This document shows, piece by piece, positions 27,977 through 38,584 of a stretch of 64,000 nt of DNA. Position numbers and translations under genes: made by a program. Within the stretch, counting starts at the first letter, position 1. Each line of letters opens with the position of its first letter. The notes below the pieces were generated by a model. The model was not told the origin of the DNA. It searched no databases and saw only the letters and a program-made list of their open reading frames with translations. Origin of the DNA: Chitinophagaceae bacterium (GTDB taxonomy: Bacteria > Bacteroidota > Bacteroidia > Chitinophagales > Chitinophagaceae). Location: positions 695,978 to 759,977 of the forward strand of contig JASGJE010000011.1 of assembly GCA_049840875.1 (NCBI GenBank). Reading direction: 5' to 3'.

Positions 27977-30460
27977 TCAAAACGCTTTCTTCCTGTTCAA
28001 CGCTATCAGATTTGCTAAGAGGCGATAAGCTCCGGGTATGCCTGCAGGCAACTCACGATAAAACACAAGCCCAGTATATGTAAAATACCCTTTGCCATAC
28101 TTTGCAATAATAAGGCTGCCTTCATCAGCGGTTTCTCCCGGATCATTCATTGAAAATACTGTTCTGAAATTTTTATCCCAATTGGCTGCATGATAAATAC
28201 TTCTTTCCTGCACCCAGTCCTTGAAATCATCTGCTGTTATTTTATTGGGAAAATTCAGTACAGAATCTTCAGGGTTCAGAAATTTTACGATCGCGTTTTC
28301 ATCGGTCACTCTTGTCCTGGTTATATCAAAATTATAAGGCCCCATCTTGGCACGGATCGGGCCGATCTGTGTACTTGTGTTGTATTGTGCAATAAGGTTG
28401 CCGCCATCATTTACATACTTCATCAATGCATCATAATGATTATTCAACCATTCATCCGTATTATAAGCACGAACGCCTGCGATGATAGCATCGAACTGTT
28501 GTAAATTATTTTTCGATAATTCTTTATCTCCTAAGATCGTTACTTCATAACCCATTTGTTCCAAAGCCTCCGGAATTTTATCCCCGGCCCCGACGATATA
28601 ACCAATGCGTTTTCCATACGTTTTTAAATCAAGATTCATAATCTTCGTTACCGCATCTTTAAAATACGTAACCGTAGGAATATGGTCATAATGAATTGTC
28701 TTAAGAATTTTCCCGGTCATCGCTTCATCAGATGGTCTCAACCGATAAATTTTGTTTTCGAGAGATGATACCTGGTAAGGAAAGTGAACTACGTTATCTT
28801 TTTTTACCTGGTATGTAAACGGCAGCGATAACGTATCATTGGAAGCTGTCTGGGCATCGGGTACTTTTGCCGACGATGTTGCCGCATCACAATGAGCTAT
28901 CACTGAAGCATCGATTTCTCCATTCTGATTATTTTTAAGATAGAAGGGAGATATTTCTCCAAAAGTAACAGCAGGTATAACCGGAACAGGTTGATAAATT
29001 TCACCACGCACGGGATCAGTGAATTTGTATCTAACAGGCCTGCTGAATTTAAAATCACGACCGGCTATCGAAATCGTTACTGTCGCCGTATAAGCTGGAT
29101 CAATATCCGGCTGACCGATTTTCTGCTGATCGGTTACATTATAATAACCCTGTTCCATTTTATTCGCTAACCAATATGGTTGAGTGATCTCTTTGGTCTT
29201 AGGAATGAAAAACACTTTGGCAAAACTGATATTTTTGTTTTTGTCCATTACCTGGTTCATAGCGGAATCAAAGTCATTAATTGCTACATCCTTTATTGTC
29301 GCATCAGCACCCAATCGATTGTTCAGTGAAAAATTAATGCGAACAGAATCCGTTTGTACAGCAAATGCAGTTGCGCTTGTTATGTCCAGAAACAATCCGC
29401 TACATTGTTCAATCAATTGTTGTGTCTCTTTTAATTTTTGCGCTTTCCAATATCCATCGGGCAAGGTTGCAATAGCAGTGTATAATTTTACCAGGTCTTT
29501 CACTGAGTTTTCGGGACGTAATAAATCGAAAGCTGCTATTACTTTATCTATCATCTTCGAAATAGCTTCACCACCTTTTACTTTTTTCCAGGTCAGATCG
29601 ATTCCGTCCATTAAATCATTTAGCGGTGCTGCACCTCCTGTTGTTTTAAAATATTCCATGGCAAGACCCCGTGATGCCGGCACACCAAAACCCTGGCTCT
29701 TATGCTGACTGCGGCTTTCTGCTGCTATTTCACCATAACTTTTTCCCAGCAACGGATTATAACCGCCAACATCAAACTTAAACTGATCATCATTAATTGT
29801 ATTGGTTGCGCCGAAATTGAACGTATTCCAAAGAATGCGTTTTGCCTGCCACACGCTAACACCTTGTTTTAATTGTTCAGGAAAACGATTGGGATCAGCA
29901 GCCGCAGTAAATGCTTCGTTTGCCAATATCGCCGAAGCAGTATGATGGCCATGCCCCCCTTCACCCGTAACAGGGAATCTCGTGATAATTATTTCAGGTT
30001 GAAATTTGCGTATCACCCAAACAACATCGCTCAATATTTTTTCGCGGTCCCACTTTGTAAAAGTTTCACCAGGATTTTTTGAAAATCCGAAATCAAACGC
30101 TCTTGTAAAAAACTGTTCCCCACCATCAATTCTTCTCGCAGCTAACAATTCCTGCGTACGGATCAAACCTAATTCAACACCTTGTTCATTGCCGATGAGA
30201 TTCTGTCCCCCATCGCCCCTTGTCAATGATAAATAGCCGGTGCGATATAATTTATCTTTTGAAAAATAAGTAATCAGTCTGGTGTTTTCATCATCAGGGT
30301 GTGCAGCAACATATAAAACCGATCCAAGTACATTGAGCTTTTTCAATCCAAGATAAATATCAGCGGAAGTCCAGCTTTTAGGAGTTTGGGCGAGGATTGA
30401 AGATTTCGTAAGGCTTATTTGTAAAAAGAGAACAACTGCGAAAACAAGGCCTTTTCTCAT
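27977..30460 (-). CDS. PIG-L/LmbE-family deacetylase (N-terminal) fused to a large C-terminal ThuA/class-I glutamine-amidotransferase-like domain
   Basis: VAAHPDDENTRLITYF LmbE zinc-binding motif. Signal peptide from the ATG at 30460 (ORF track: TTG at 30466). Confidence 0.7.
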   Translation of the reverse strand: MRKGLVFAVVLFLQISLTKSSILAQTPKSWTSADIYLGLKKLNVLGSVLYVAAHPDDENTRLITYFSKDKLYRTGYLSLTRGDGGQNLIGNEQGVELGLIRTQELLAARRIDGGEQFFTRAFDFGFSKNPGETFTKWDREKILSDVVWVIRKFQPEIIITRFPVTGEGGHGHHTASAILANEAFTAAADPNRFPEQLKQGVSVWQAKRILWNTFNFGATNTINDDQFKFDVGGYNPLLGKSYGEIAAESRSQHKSQGFGVPASRGLAMEYFKTTGGAAPLNDLMDGIDLTWKKVKGGEAISKMIDKVIAAFDLLRPENSVKDLVKLYTAIATLPDGYWKAQKLKETQQLIEQCSGLFLDITSATAFAVQTDSVRINFSLNNRLGADATIKDVAINDFDSAMNQVMDKNKNISFAKVFFIPKTKEITQPYWLANKMEQGYYNVTDQQKIGQPDIDPAYTATVTISIAGRDFKFSRPVRYKFTDPVRGEIYQPVPVIPAVTFGEISPFYLKNNQNGEIDASVIAHCDAATSSAKVPDAQTASNDTLSLPFTYQVKKDNVVHFPYQVSSLENKIYRLRPSDEAMTGKILKTIHYDHIPTVTYFKDAVTKIMNLDLKTYGKRIGYIVGAGDKIPEALEQMGYEVTILGDKELSKNNLQQFDAIIAGVRAYNTDEWLNNHYDALMKYVNDGGNLIAQYNTSTQIGPIRAKMGPYNFDITRTRVTDENAIVKFLNPEDSVLNFPNKITADDFKDWVQERSIYHAANWDKNFRTVFSMNDPGETADEGSLIIAKYGKGYFTYTGLVFYRELPAGIPGAYRLLANLIALNRKKAF

Positions 30461-30558
30461 ACACAAAAAATTATTCAGCGAATATACAGGAAGTGCGTAA
30501 GAAGGAAATCAAATTAATTGATGATAAGAGAGCGCTTTGCTGCAGTTAACTTCTGACA

Positions 30559-30930
30559 CTATCTTTTGAAAAAAAATCTTGCTATTAAAATCGCGATAAC
30601 CGTCCATAAAAGATAGCCAAGACAAACATAAAACCAAAAACTTTTCCATTTTCTTTTTTGACCGCTTGCCAACCATTTGCTCGTAAGTGAGATTCGACGC
30701 GGTATAAAAAAAGGAAAAATTACCAGAAGAATTTTAAACTCCCACATCAAATCACTTTGTTTTTCGGCTTTGAATTGAGATTCGTGCTGAAGGACTATAT
30801 CTCTAACCTGTTCATAACTGAGTTTTCTTTTAATTAACTCATTATCTGCAGACGTACGTATATCTACACTAATACCTAAATCTTGACTGATCTCATACAC
30901 CTGGTAATCGGTTAATTTGGAAAAATCCAT
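30559..30930 (-). CDS. Small integral membrane protein downstream of the flotillin gene (YqiJ/NfeD-like partner candidate)
   Basis: Hydrophobic segments ILLVIFPFFI and FWFYVCLGYLLWTVIAILIARFFF; gene position. Confidence 0.45.
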   Translation of the reverse strand: MDFSKLTDYQVYEISQDLGISVDIRTSADNELIKRKLSYEQVRDIVLQHESQFKAEKQSDLMWEFKILLVIFPFFIPRRISLTSKWLASGQKRKWKSFWFYVCLGYLLWTVIAILIARFFFKR

Positions 30931-30998
30931 GATTAAGATTTAAATCAAGTTAGCAAAACTGGACTTAAAAGGGATCTGCGATATTTCAATTTTATATT

Positions 30999-31028
30999 AA
31001 GAACCGCCTCCCAAAAGAAGCGGTTCTT
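30999..31028 (-). terminator. Candidate rho-independent terminator hairpin (AAGAACCGC-ctcccaaaagaa-GCGGTTCTT) after the flotillin gene
   Basis: 9-bp perfect stem read directly; the following stretch is A/T-rich but not a clean U-run. Confidence 0.4.
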
Positions 31029-31037
31029 AAATCCTTA

Positions 31038-32963
31038 TCAATTCTTTTTACTCATATCATCGCCAGTATTTACCTTCTTTCCCAACTGCTGCAATATCTG
31101 TAGTCCTAATAGTCCACTGATACCACCGCTCGCATTATCTCCATTCCCTCCAATCAATACATCCGGCATAATTTTTACTTTTTCATTGGCAATTGATTCC
31201 ATCACTTTCAATTGTGTGAAGTTATCACCACCCATCGCTTCTACTGAAAGCTTGTACGATTCAGCGTTTGATTTACCAATTGCCAAAATCTTTTCCGCTT
31301 CAGCATTACCGGTTACAGAAATTTTTTCAGCTTCAGCTTTCGCCAGTAATTCAATTTGTTCAGCATTCGCTTTTGCCAGCAACCGTATTCTTTCAGCGTC
31401 ACCGCTCGCCAGCAATTTCAAGCGGTCGGCTTCGGCTGTTGATTGAAGGCGTACACTGTTTGCTTCACCGGTTGCTTTCTTTACAGACGCATCCGCGATA
31501 CGTTCTGCAATTACAACACCCTGGTCGGCCTTTACAATTTCTTTTTGTATATCGGCAATAGCTGTTTCCTTTTCCAGGCTTTGCCTTGTTTCCTGTGCCT
31601 TCTTTTCTGTATCGTACGTTATTTTCTGTTCCTCTGCAATCTTACGATCTGTGAGTGTTTTCATCAGGCTTTCCGGTGGTACGATATCACCGATCAACGT
31701 ATCCACACCATTCACGTTATATTGATCGAGCACATGGCCGATATGCTCTTTAGCCGATTGTTGCCTTTCCTTACGTGAACCAAGAAACGCAATCACATCA
31801 CTATCCTGTGCACTGTTACGGAAATAGTTTCCGATAGTAGGCTCCAGTACCTGGCTCACCAGGTTATTCATATTTCCAAACCGCGCAATTACTTTCGGCG
31901 CTTCTGTTGTCGGAATGTGAATGATCTGTGATACATCAAGATTAAACGGGAAACCGTCTTTACTGCGCACTGTAATTGTTGACAAATGTTTGTCAAGCTG
32001 ATGCGACTCACTTCTTGCATTGGCCCAGTTAAGCACCAGGTTGGTAGTCGGTACCATTTCCACCTTCATGATGTATGGATTGATCGGGTACTTACCCGGT
32101 CCTAACGGTTCAGCCCATACGCCTTTGAATCCTTTTGCGAAAATATTACCGTGTTTGAAGTCAACTCCACTCAGGTCTTTACCTTCTTCACCAACATAGC
32201 TGATGATGACGCCGACATAACCAATCGGGATCTCAGTCATATTTACCATTTCCAGTTTTGCAAACCAGGGATTAAGGAAATAAGAACCAGCAAGAATTAC
32301 TTGTTCTTGCAAACCTTTGTATCCACCGCTTTCAAGAAATGAATCGGCATCCTGGAATTTGTTATGCGCCCCAATTACTCTTCCGGCAATCTGTCCTTCT
32401 TCTAATGGCTTTCCTTCCGCTGTTGTTACAACTCCTACAGCATTATCAGGAATTGTGGTCATATCGGTTATTTCAACATCAAACAAAAAAGTATTGATAC
32501 GATATGAACCCGGCGCAATGATGGCGGTCTGTCTTCCTTTACGTCCGCCATTCTTTAAAAATGCCTCGGCATCCTGGTAAGAATCGCAATTTACTTTACG
32601 ACCGAGAATGCGACCTGTTTCGAGTTCGCTACCATCTCTTGCCAATACCAATCCAATCTTACCGGTCGGCACAACCGTAAATGGTTGAAAGTTGATAGCG
32701 TATTGCCAAATCCATTTCCAGAAATAAACACCCGGCGCTAATGTCTGCGCCTGGAAACCCGCTTCACCGTTTGTAGCAATGATGCGACCTTCCGGCAATT
32801 CCTGCTTTCCGAATAAAACGAATTTTTTTGTTACAAGCCCTATCCTGTCTTCTGGTACTATTACCAACCCGAAGAATACACGAAGAATGAATTTGTAAAA
32901 AATTAAAACAAACAATGGGATACCTATTATCAGGCCCCAACGAATTAAATCTGCTTTTTCCAT
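31038..32963 (-). CDS. Flotillin-like SPFH/band-7 protein (YqiK/FloT-like) with three internal ~75-aa repeats and a long C-terminal coiled coil
   Basis: N-terminal TM; triplicated segment (...GKIGLVLARDGSELETGRILGRK... / ...AVGVVTTAEGKPLEEGQIAGRVIG... / ...IGYVGVIISYVGEEGKDLSGVDFKHG...); Ala/Glu/Lys-rich C-terminal coiled coil. Confidence 0.7.
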   Translation of the reverse strand: MEKADLIRWGLIIGIPLFVLIFYKFILRVFFGLVIVPEDRIGLVTKKFVLFGKQELPEGRIIATNGEAGFQAQTLAPGVYFWKWIWQYAINFQPFTVVPTGKIGLVLARDGSELETGRILGRKVNCDSYQDAEAFLKNGGRKGRQTAIIAPGSYRINTFLFDVEITDMTTIPDNAVGVVTTAEGKPLEEGQIAGRVIGAHNKFQDADSFLESGGYKGLQEQVILAGSYFLNPWFAKLEMVNMTEIPIGYVGVIISYVGEEGKDLSGVDFKHGNIFAKGFKGVWAEPLGPGKYPINPYIMKVEMVPTTNLVLNWANARSESHQLDKHLSTITVRSKDGFPFNLDVSQIIHIPTTEAPKVIARFGNMNNLVSQVLEPTIGNYFRNSAQDSDVIAFLGSRKERQQSAKEHIGHVLDQYNVNGVDTLIGDIVPPESLMKTLTDRKIAEEQKITYDTEKKAQETRQSLEKETAIADIQKEIVKADQGVVIAERIADASVKKATGEANSVRLQSTAEADRLKLLASGDAERIRLLAKANAEQIELLAKAEAEKISVTGNAEAEKILAIGKSNAESYKLSVEAMGGDNFTQLKVMESIANEKVKIMPDVLIGGNGDNASGGISGLLGLQILQQLGKKVNTGDDMSKKN

Positions 32964-33357
32964 GATTGTTTAAAGATTAATGGTGACAAAAAATATTGAT
33001 TGCGTATGATGAATGATCGGTCTTTGATCATTTGTTTTACTATTGTTTGCATACTATCGATTCATTATTTGCTGTTCCGGTTGCACATCACGAAAGATAT
33101 TTATCTTGTCGAGCTTGTTATCGATTCACCACGTGCATAGCCTACCTGTTTCCGTTAGCGATCTAACGTAAGATACTTGCTGCAAGCGGTAATAATATTA
33201 TTTTAAACCGGGAGGAGAAGTATTATAGATTATAAACTTTAACTCTGATTCAATAGAAGTAAAACATTCAGAGATACATTCAGATTCCATGTGGAATGGT
33301 TGAGAACACAAAGTTAGTGTGGTTTCAAATACACTGTTATAAAATACGTATAAACCG

Positions 33358-33405
33358 CAAACCGGTTTTGACGCCAATCAAAATTGAAACATCAAAACCG
33401 GTTTG
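33358..33405 (-). terminator. Hairpin CAAACCGGTTTTGA-(20 nt)-TCAAAACCGGTTTG 20 bp downstream of the M14 gene stop. Each arm also contains the self-palindrome AAACCGGTTT
   Basis: 14-bp stem followed on the minus strand by a T-rich run (TTTATACGTATTTTA). Confidence 0.45.
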
Positions 33406-33425
33406 AAGAAGTTTTCCCTTATATT

Positions 33426-35960
33426 TTATCGGCCAGTCATAAAGATGGCATTGCAAAGCATCAGTTTTCCGTTTTCCCAGAAATTACGGAATACAACATT
33501 GTCGGCTAAAAATGTAACAGAACCACGACCGCTGTATTGAATACCAAATAACAATCCGTCTTTGAATTTTTCTTTCAATTTATTGCCGATAAATCCTGAA
33601 AGAGGGCTTTCTTTTTTTATAACCCCAACATTCCAACCGCCATCTTTAATGAATTCATACACATTACCGTCCATCTTCAATGAATAATAATACGATGGAT
33701 AACCAAACGCCAGCGGATGCGTGTTATCCAAATCAACTTTTAAAATCGAACCAGGTGCAGTTGTTGAGATATTATCACGTTCTCGTGTTTCATATTTTTT
33801 CAACGCACTGTACGGATCTTTTACTTTCTTATCGTCGTTATCATCATCAGCCTTCTTCTGTTTGATATTAATCCAATCAAGGTTAGACAACTGCGCTACA
33901 GCGTTTTCTAAGGCAACCACTCTGCCACCGCGATTGACCCAATCTTTAAAATCTTCGGCGCTGGATTTATCATTTAAAAAACGATAGGTACCATCAGCCA
34001 TAATCAACACGTCGATATTTTTCCAGTCAGCACGGCCTATATCATTTGCGTTAATCAACGTCAAGGGATAGTTCAGTTGCTTTTCAAAGAAATGCCATAC
34101 TTCGCCTGTTGCGTTGGAACTCGTTCCTTCACCGGTCAACAATGCAACCTTCGGAGCTTTCAACACACGTATGGTATTGCTACCAAAATCATATCCTTTA
34201 TCTACAAAGCCCGTTGTGACAGGATTAAGCTTTATTTTATTGTCATTGCAGATTTTCGTTACGACGTTCCATAGAGAACTTGCAAAACCATTATTGCTTG
34301 ATTTCAATACAAGAACAGATCCACGATCAAACTGCTGACCACTTACTTCAAATGGGTTGTCTGCAATACGAAGGATGATTCCCTTTTGCAGCAATTCCCC
34401 TACTGCCTTTGCCGTTTGTACTCCTTGCCAGCGAATAACATAGCCATATACATCAGCTGCTGTATTTACAACATCAGGGCTGCGTGTGTAAGCACCTGTT
34501 GCGTTTACTTTTTCTTTCGATGCGTAAGCGGTCAATCCATAAACATATGGCAACGCCCATGCTGTAATATCATAGGTAGATGAATCAACCAATTTTGTTT
34601 TGGGCTCAAATAAAACTTTGACCATTACAGCTCTTGGTTGCGCTGCATTGATCACAATATCATTCTGACTGATGGAAAAAGTTTCTTCTTTTCCCGAGCC
34701 ATAACTATATCCTTTCCCACTTCCGGAACCTGCACTGTATTGAATGTTATTTTTATCAAGTAAGTCAAGTAATGCGTTTACACGTTCTCCATCCTGTGGG
34801 CCATTTTTTATTACGTACGATTTATATTCACCAGCGCCGTTGCTAACAGCATCGTTAAAAAATTTATGAAATTCCTTCACCAGTTTGGATGCATTGAGCG
34901 AAGAAATTTCAATTGTACTTAATGAAGTTGTATAATGATGCATCACGCGATCTACCAATGTAAGCGTATCGCCTTCTTCTTTGTAAACGCCAAGGCCGCC
35001 TGCGCCACCACCGCCTTGTTCATACGTCATGCCGATGCCGCCATTAAAAATCGGGTAACTATCACCATAAGAAGGATAAAACAAATCAAATACTTCTTTG
35101 GTAAAGAATAACCATCCATTAGCATCAAAATATTTTGCGTTGTTCTTGCCAATCGTTACCTGGAAATCACGTTCCCATTGTGTAACTGATTCATGATAAG
35201 GTTGCGCAGCAGGTGCGAAATAGTACGGGTTATTAATTCCCTGCTCATGAAAATCTACATGTACTTGCGGTAACCATTGATTGTACAATTTCAATCGTTG
35301 CTGACTTTCTACCTGTGTCTGCCAGGCCCAATCACGGTTAAGATCGAAATTATAATGGTTCGTTCTGCCGCCCGGCCATGGTTCGCGGTGCTCACGGGCG
35401 TCAAGGCGTGGATTATATTGTTTTCCTACGATAGAATTGAACCAGTTTACATACCGGTCACGTCCATCAGGATTAATACAAGGATCGATGACAACCAAGG
35501 TATTTTTCAACCATTCCTTTGTTTTAGTATTTGCCGGATTCGCTACGTCAAACAATGTAAGCATCGAAGCCTCAGAAGACGACGTTTCATTTCCGTGTAC
35601 ATTATAACTAAGCCAAACAATGGCTGGCGTATTATCTTCCATCGCCGCAGCCTTATCCTTTGCCTGGTTGGCAAGGCGAAGATTGTTCATGCGAATGGAC
35701 TCAAGGTTTTGTATATTCTCCGCTGTGCCGATAAAAGTCGCCAGTAAAGGCCGGCCTTCATTTGTCTCCCCATATTGCAGCAATTTTACAGTAGAAGGCA
35801 ACGTGTTGGCTACATACTGAAAATAGCTGACGATCTTCCAGTGCGGCGTATAATGCGTTCCGATTTTGTAACCGAGAAATTCTTCGGGTGATTTCAGTTG
35901 TGCGTTCACGAAAAAAAAAGACAAAAGAAAAAGGGGCAATGCGACGAGATATTTTCTCAT
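33426..35960 (-). CDS. M14-family zinc carboxypeptidase with a large C-terminal extension
   Basis: Signal peptide; M14 motifs (YNVHGNETSS, HEQG). ~844 aa, typical of the large Bacteroidota M14 proteins. Confidence 0.75.
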   Translation of the reverse strand: MRKYLVALPLFLLSFFFVNAQLKSPEEFLGYKIGTHYTPHWKIVSYFQYVANTLPSTVKLLQYGETNEGRPLLATFIGTAENIQNLESIRMNNLRLANQAKDKAAAMEDNTPAIVWLSYNVHGNETSSSEASMLTLFDVANPANTKTKEWLKNTLVVIDPCINPDGRDRYVNWFNSIVGKQYNPRLDAREHREPWPGGRTNHYNFDLNRDWAWQTQVESQQRLKLYNQWLPQVHVDFHEQGINNPYYFAPAAQPYHESVTQWERDFQVTIGKNNAKYFDANGWLFFTKEVFDLFYPSYGDSYPIFNGGIGMTYEQGGGGAGGLGVYKEEGDTLTLVDRVMHHYTTSLSTIEISSLNASKLVKEFHKFFNDAVSNGAGEYKSYVIKNGPQDGERVNALLDLLDKNNIQYSAGSGSGKGYSYGSGKEETFSISQNDIVINAAQPRAVMVKVLFEPKTKLVDSSTYDITAWALPYVYGLTAYASKEKVNATGAYTRSPDVVNTAADVYGYVIRWQGVQTAKAVGELLQKGIILRIADNPFEVSGQQFDRGSVLVLKSSNNGFASSLWNVVTKICNDNKIKLNPVTTGFVDKGYDFGSNTIRVLKAPKVALLTGEGTSSNATGEVWHFFEKQLNYPLTLINANDIGRADWKNIDVLIMADGTYRFLNDKSSAEDFKDWVNRGGRVVALENAVAQLSNLDWINIKQKKADDDNDDKKVKDPYSALKKYETRERDNISTTAPGSILKVDLDNTHPLAFGYPSYYYSLKMDGNVYEFIKDGGWNVGVIKKESPLSGFIGNKLKEKFKDGLLFGIQYSGRGSVTFLADNVVFRNFWENGKLMLCNAIFMTGR

Positions 35961-36070
35961 AAGAATTAATTAAAAGGGCAATATAATGCAGCAGTAGTAA
36001 ATTTCAATAAGCCCGCAAAAACTGTAATTAATATTGATTTGCGTAATTTTCACGAAAGAATTTATCGTTT

Positions 36071-37786
36071 ATGAAAAAAGCCGCCACTCTTTCTTTTCTC
36101 TTTATATTTTTTATTGCCTGCCATACGGCTGAAAAAACCGCCGAATCATTAAATGGTATCAATCCATATCAATTTTCGATTCAGAAGAAAATCACCTGTG
36201 CGAATGGAGCCGTTGTTTCGGCTCATCCCCTGGCAAGCAAAGTCGGCGTTGCGATTTTAAAAGATGGCGGTAATGCATTTGACGCTGCAATCGCTACGCA
36301 ACTGGCGCTGGCTGTAGTTTATCCTAATGCAGGAAATATTGGCGGTGGCGGATTCATGGTCGCCAGGGAAGCAAACGGCCGGTTGATTGCATTGGATTAT
36401 CGCGAAACAGCTTCGCATAAGGCTCACCGTGATATGTATCTTGATTCCGCAGGCAATCCGCAAAGTAATAAAAGCCTTGACGGGCATCTTGCTTCCGGTG
36501 TTCCCGGAACTGTTGCTGGTTTATTTGCAGCCGCACAATACGCCAAACTGAATTTTAAAAAATTGATTCAACCTGCAATTGACCTCGCAGAAAAGGGATT
36601 TGTATTAACGGAACGTGAAGCTGAAGGCTTAAATGGATTACAAGCCGACTGGAAAAGACTGAATACAGTGATGCCTGTTTTTGTAAAAGAAGCTGGCTGG
36701 AAAAATGGTGATACGTTAATTCAGAAAGATCTTGCAAACACACTCAAGAGAATTCGTGACAACGGAGCAGCCGGATTTTATGAGGGAGAAACAGCGAAAC
36801 TTATTGTAGAGGAAATGAAACGCGGCGGCGGTATTCTTGATTATGACGATTTAAAAAACTATAAAGCAAAATTCAGGGAGCCACACAAATTTGAATACAA
36901 AGGCTATACTATCGTTGGAATGCCAATGCCAAGCAGCGGCGGTATTTTATTAAACCAGATGATGAAGATGGTAGAAAAAAGAAACCTCGGAGAACTTGGC
37001 TTTCACACTGCACAGTCAGTACAATTGATGACTGAAGCAGAACGCCGGGCTTATGCTGATCGCGCTGAGTATATGGGGGATGCGGACTTTTATAAAGTGC
37101 CTGTAAAAAAACTGGTAGATGAAAAGTATCTCGAGCAACGGATGAACGATTACGTTGCAGGCAAGGCGGGAAACAGTACTGAAATAAAACCCGGACCAAT
37201 TAAGGAAAGTGAAGAAACCACTCACCTAAATGTGATTGATAAAGATGGTAACGCCATTGCTATCACTACCACTTTAAATAACTCTTACGGCAGTAAAACG
37301 GTTGTGGCTGGCGCCGGTTTTATCCTTAATGATGAAATGGATGATTTCAGTATAAAACCAGGAGTTCCCAATTTATATGGCGCAGTTGGTGGAGAGGCAA
37401 ATGCAATTGCCGCAGGTAAACGTATGCTGAGCTCTATGACGCCGACATTGGTTTTAAAAAACGATAAACCGTTTCTTGTTACAGGAACGCCGGGAGGAAC
37501 AACAATCCCCACTTCTGTTTTTCAAACTATCGTAAATGTTATCGACTTTGGGTTAAGCAGTGAAGATGCTGTGTACAAACCAAAATTTCACCACCAATGG
37601 TTACCTGATAAAATTTTCCTTGAAAAGGATTTTCCTGATTCGACCACGGAGGCGCTGAAAAAAATGGGGTATACTATCGGAGATCGGGAAGCAATTGGAC
37701 GAACAGAGTTGATTAAAGTACTGGAAGATGGTAAATTTGAAGTAGTAGCAGACCGGCGTGGTGAGGATGATGCAGAAGGATGGTGA
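36071..37786 (+). CDS. ggt: Gamma-glutamyltransferase
   Basis: Ntn-hydrolase threonine TTHLNVIDKDGNAIAITTTLN, GGGGFMV and GTPGG motifs; signal peptide. Confidence 0.85.
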   Translation: MKKAATLSFLFIFFIACHTAEKTAESLNGINPYQFSIQKKITCANGAVVSAHPLASKVGVAILKDGGNAFDAAIATQLALAVVYPNAGNIGGGGFMVAREANGRLIALDYRETASHKAHRDMYLDSAGNPQSNKSLDGHLASGVPGTVAGLFAAAQYAKLNFKKLIQPAIDLAEKGFVLTEREAEGLNGLQADWKRLNTVMPVFVKEAGWKNGDTLIQKDLANTLKRIRDNGAAGFYEGETAKLIVEEMKRGGGILDYDDLKNYKAKFREPHKFEYKGYTIVGMPMPSSGGILLNQMMKMVEKRNLGELGFHTAQSVQLMTEAERRAYADRAEYMGDADFYKVPVKKLVDEKYLEQRMNDYVAGKAGNSTEIKPGPIKESEETTHLNVIDKDGNAIAITTTLNNSYGSKTVVAGAGFILNDEMDDFSIKPGVPNLYGAVGGEANAIAAGKRMLSSMTPTLVLKNDKPFLVTGTPGGTTIPTSVFQTIVNVIDFGLSSEDAVYKPKFHHQWLPDKIFLEKDFPDSTTEALKKMGYTIGDREAIGRTELIKVLEDGKFEVVADRRGEDDAEGW

Positions 37787-37913
37787 GAGGGAAGTTGTTA
37801 GTCTGAAGTCCGGAGTCGGTGGTTTTGAGTCAACAATCACTGAAAGAAACATAAGGAGACCAGCAGTAAAGCATTAGCGAAAATTAGTTCTAATTAGAGT
37901 CAATTAGTGTTAA

Positions 37914-38462
37914 ATGAAAAGTTTGGGCAAAGAATATCTCGAAACAGTGATCAGGAGAGTGAAGTATTACAAGCATCTCGCTGAGCAAACATTTGATCAA
38001 TTAGAGGAAAAAGATTTTCATTTTCAACCTTCTTCGGAATCAAATAGCATTGCAGTTATTATACAACATATGGCAGGCAATATGCTTAGCCGGTGGACCG
38101 ATTTTCTTACCAGTGACGGTGAAAAAGAATGGCGGCAACGCGATGATGAATTTGAAATTCATAGCTATTCACAGAAACAACTGATGGAATTATGGGAAAA
38201 AGGATGGAGTTGTTTTATCAATACTCTCGATTCTTTAAACGAGGCCGATCTCCTGAAGATCGTATATATACGAAAAGAAGAACTGACTGTGATAGATGCC
38301 ATTAATCGTCAACTGGCTCATTATCCGCATCATGTCGGTCAGATTCTTTACATTGGAAAAATCATCCGCAATAAGAACTGGAAAAGTTTGTCAATACCAA
38401 AAGGGCAATCGGAAAATTACAATAAAAACGAGCCAGTAAAAGATCCGGCAAAAAAATTCTGA
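37914..38462 (+). CDS. DinB/YfiT-like (DUF1572) putative metal-dependent protein
   Basis: Four-helix-bundle-type His motifs (HMAGNMLSRW ... HYPHHVGQI). Confidence 0.55.
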   Translation: MKSLGKEYLETVIRRVKYYKHLAEQTFDQLEEKDFHFQPSSESNSIAVIIQHMAGNMLSRWTDFLTSDGEKEWRQRDDEFEIHSYSQKQLMELWEKGWSCFINTLDSLNEADLLKIVYIRKEELTVIDAINRQLAHYPHHVGQILYIGKIIRNKNWKSLSIPKGQSENYNKNEPVKDPAKKF

Positions 38463-38584
38463 GTGTAGAATTTTCTCAACAGCGTTTGCAATTTATTTTT
38501 TACTGTTGGTAATTTCATCAGCATCGAACAGGATATTATCCCTACTTTTAGCGATCATAGATTTTTCATCTTTAAACGCTGTTA

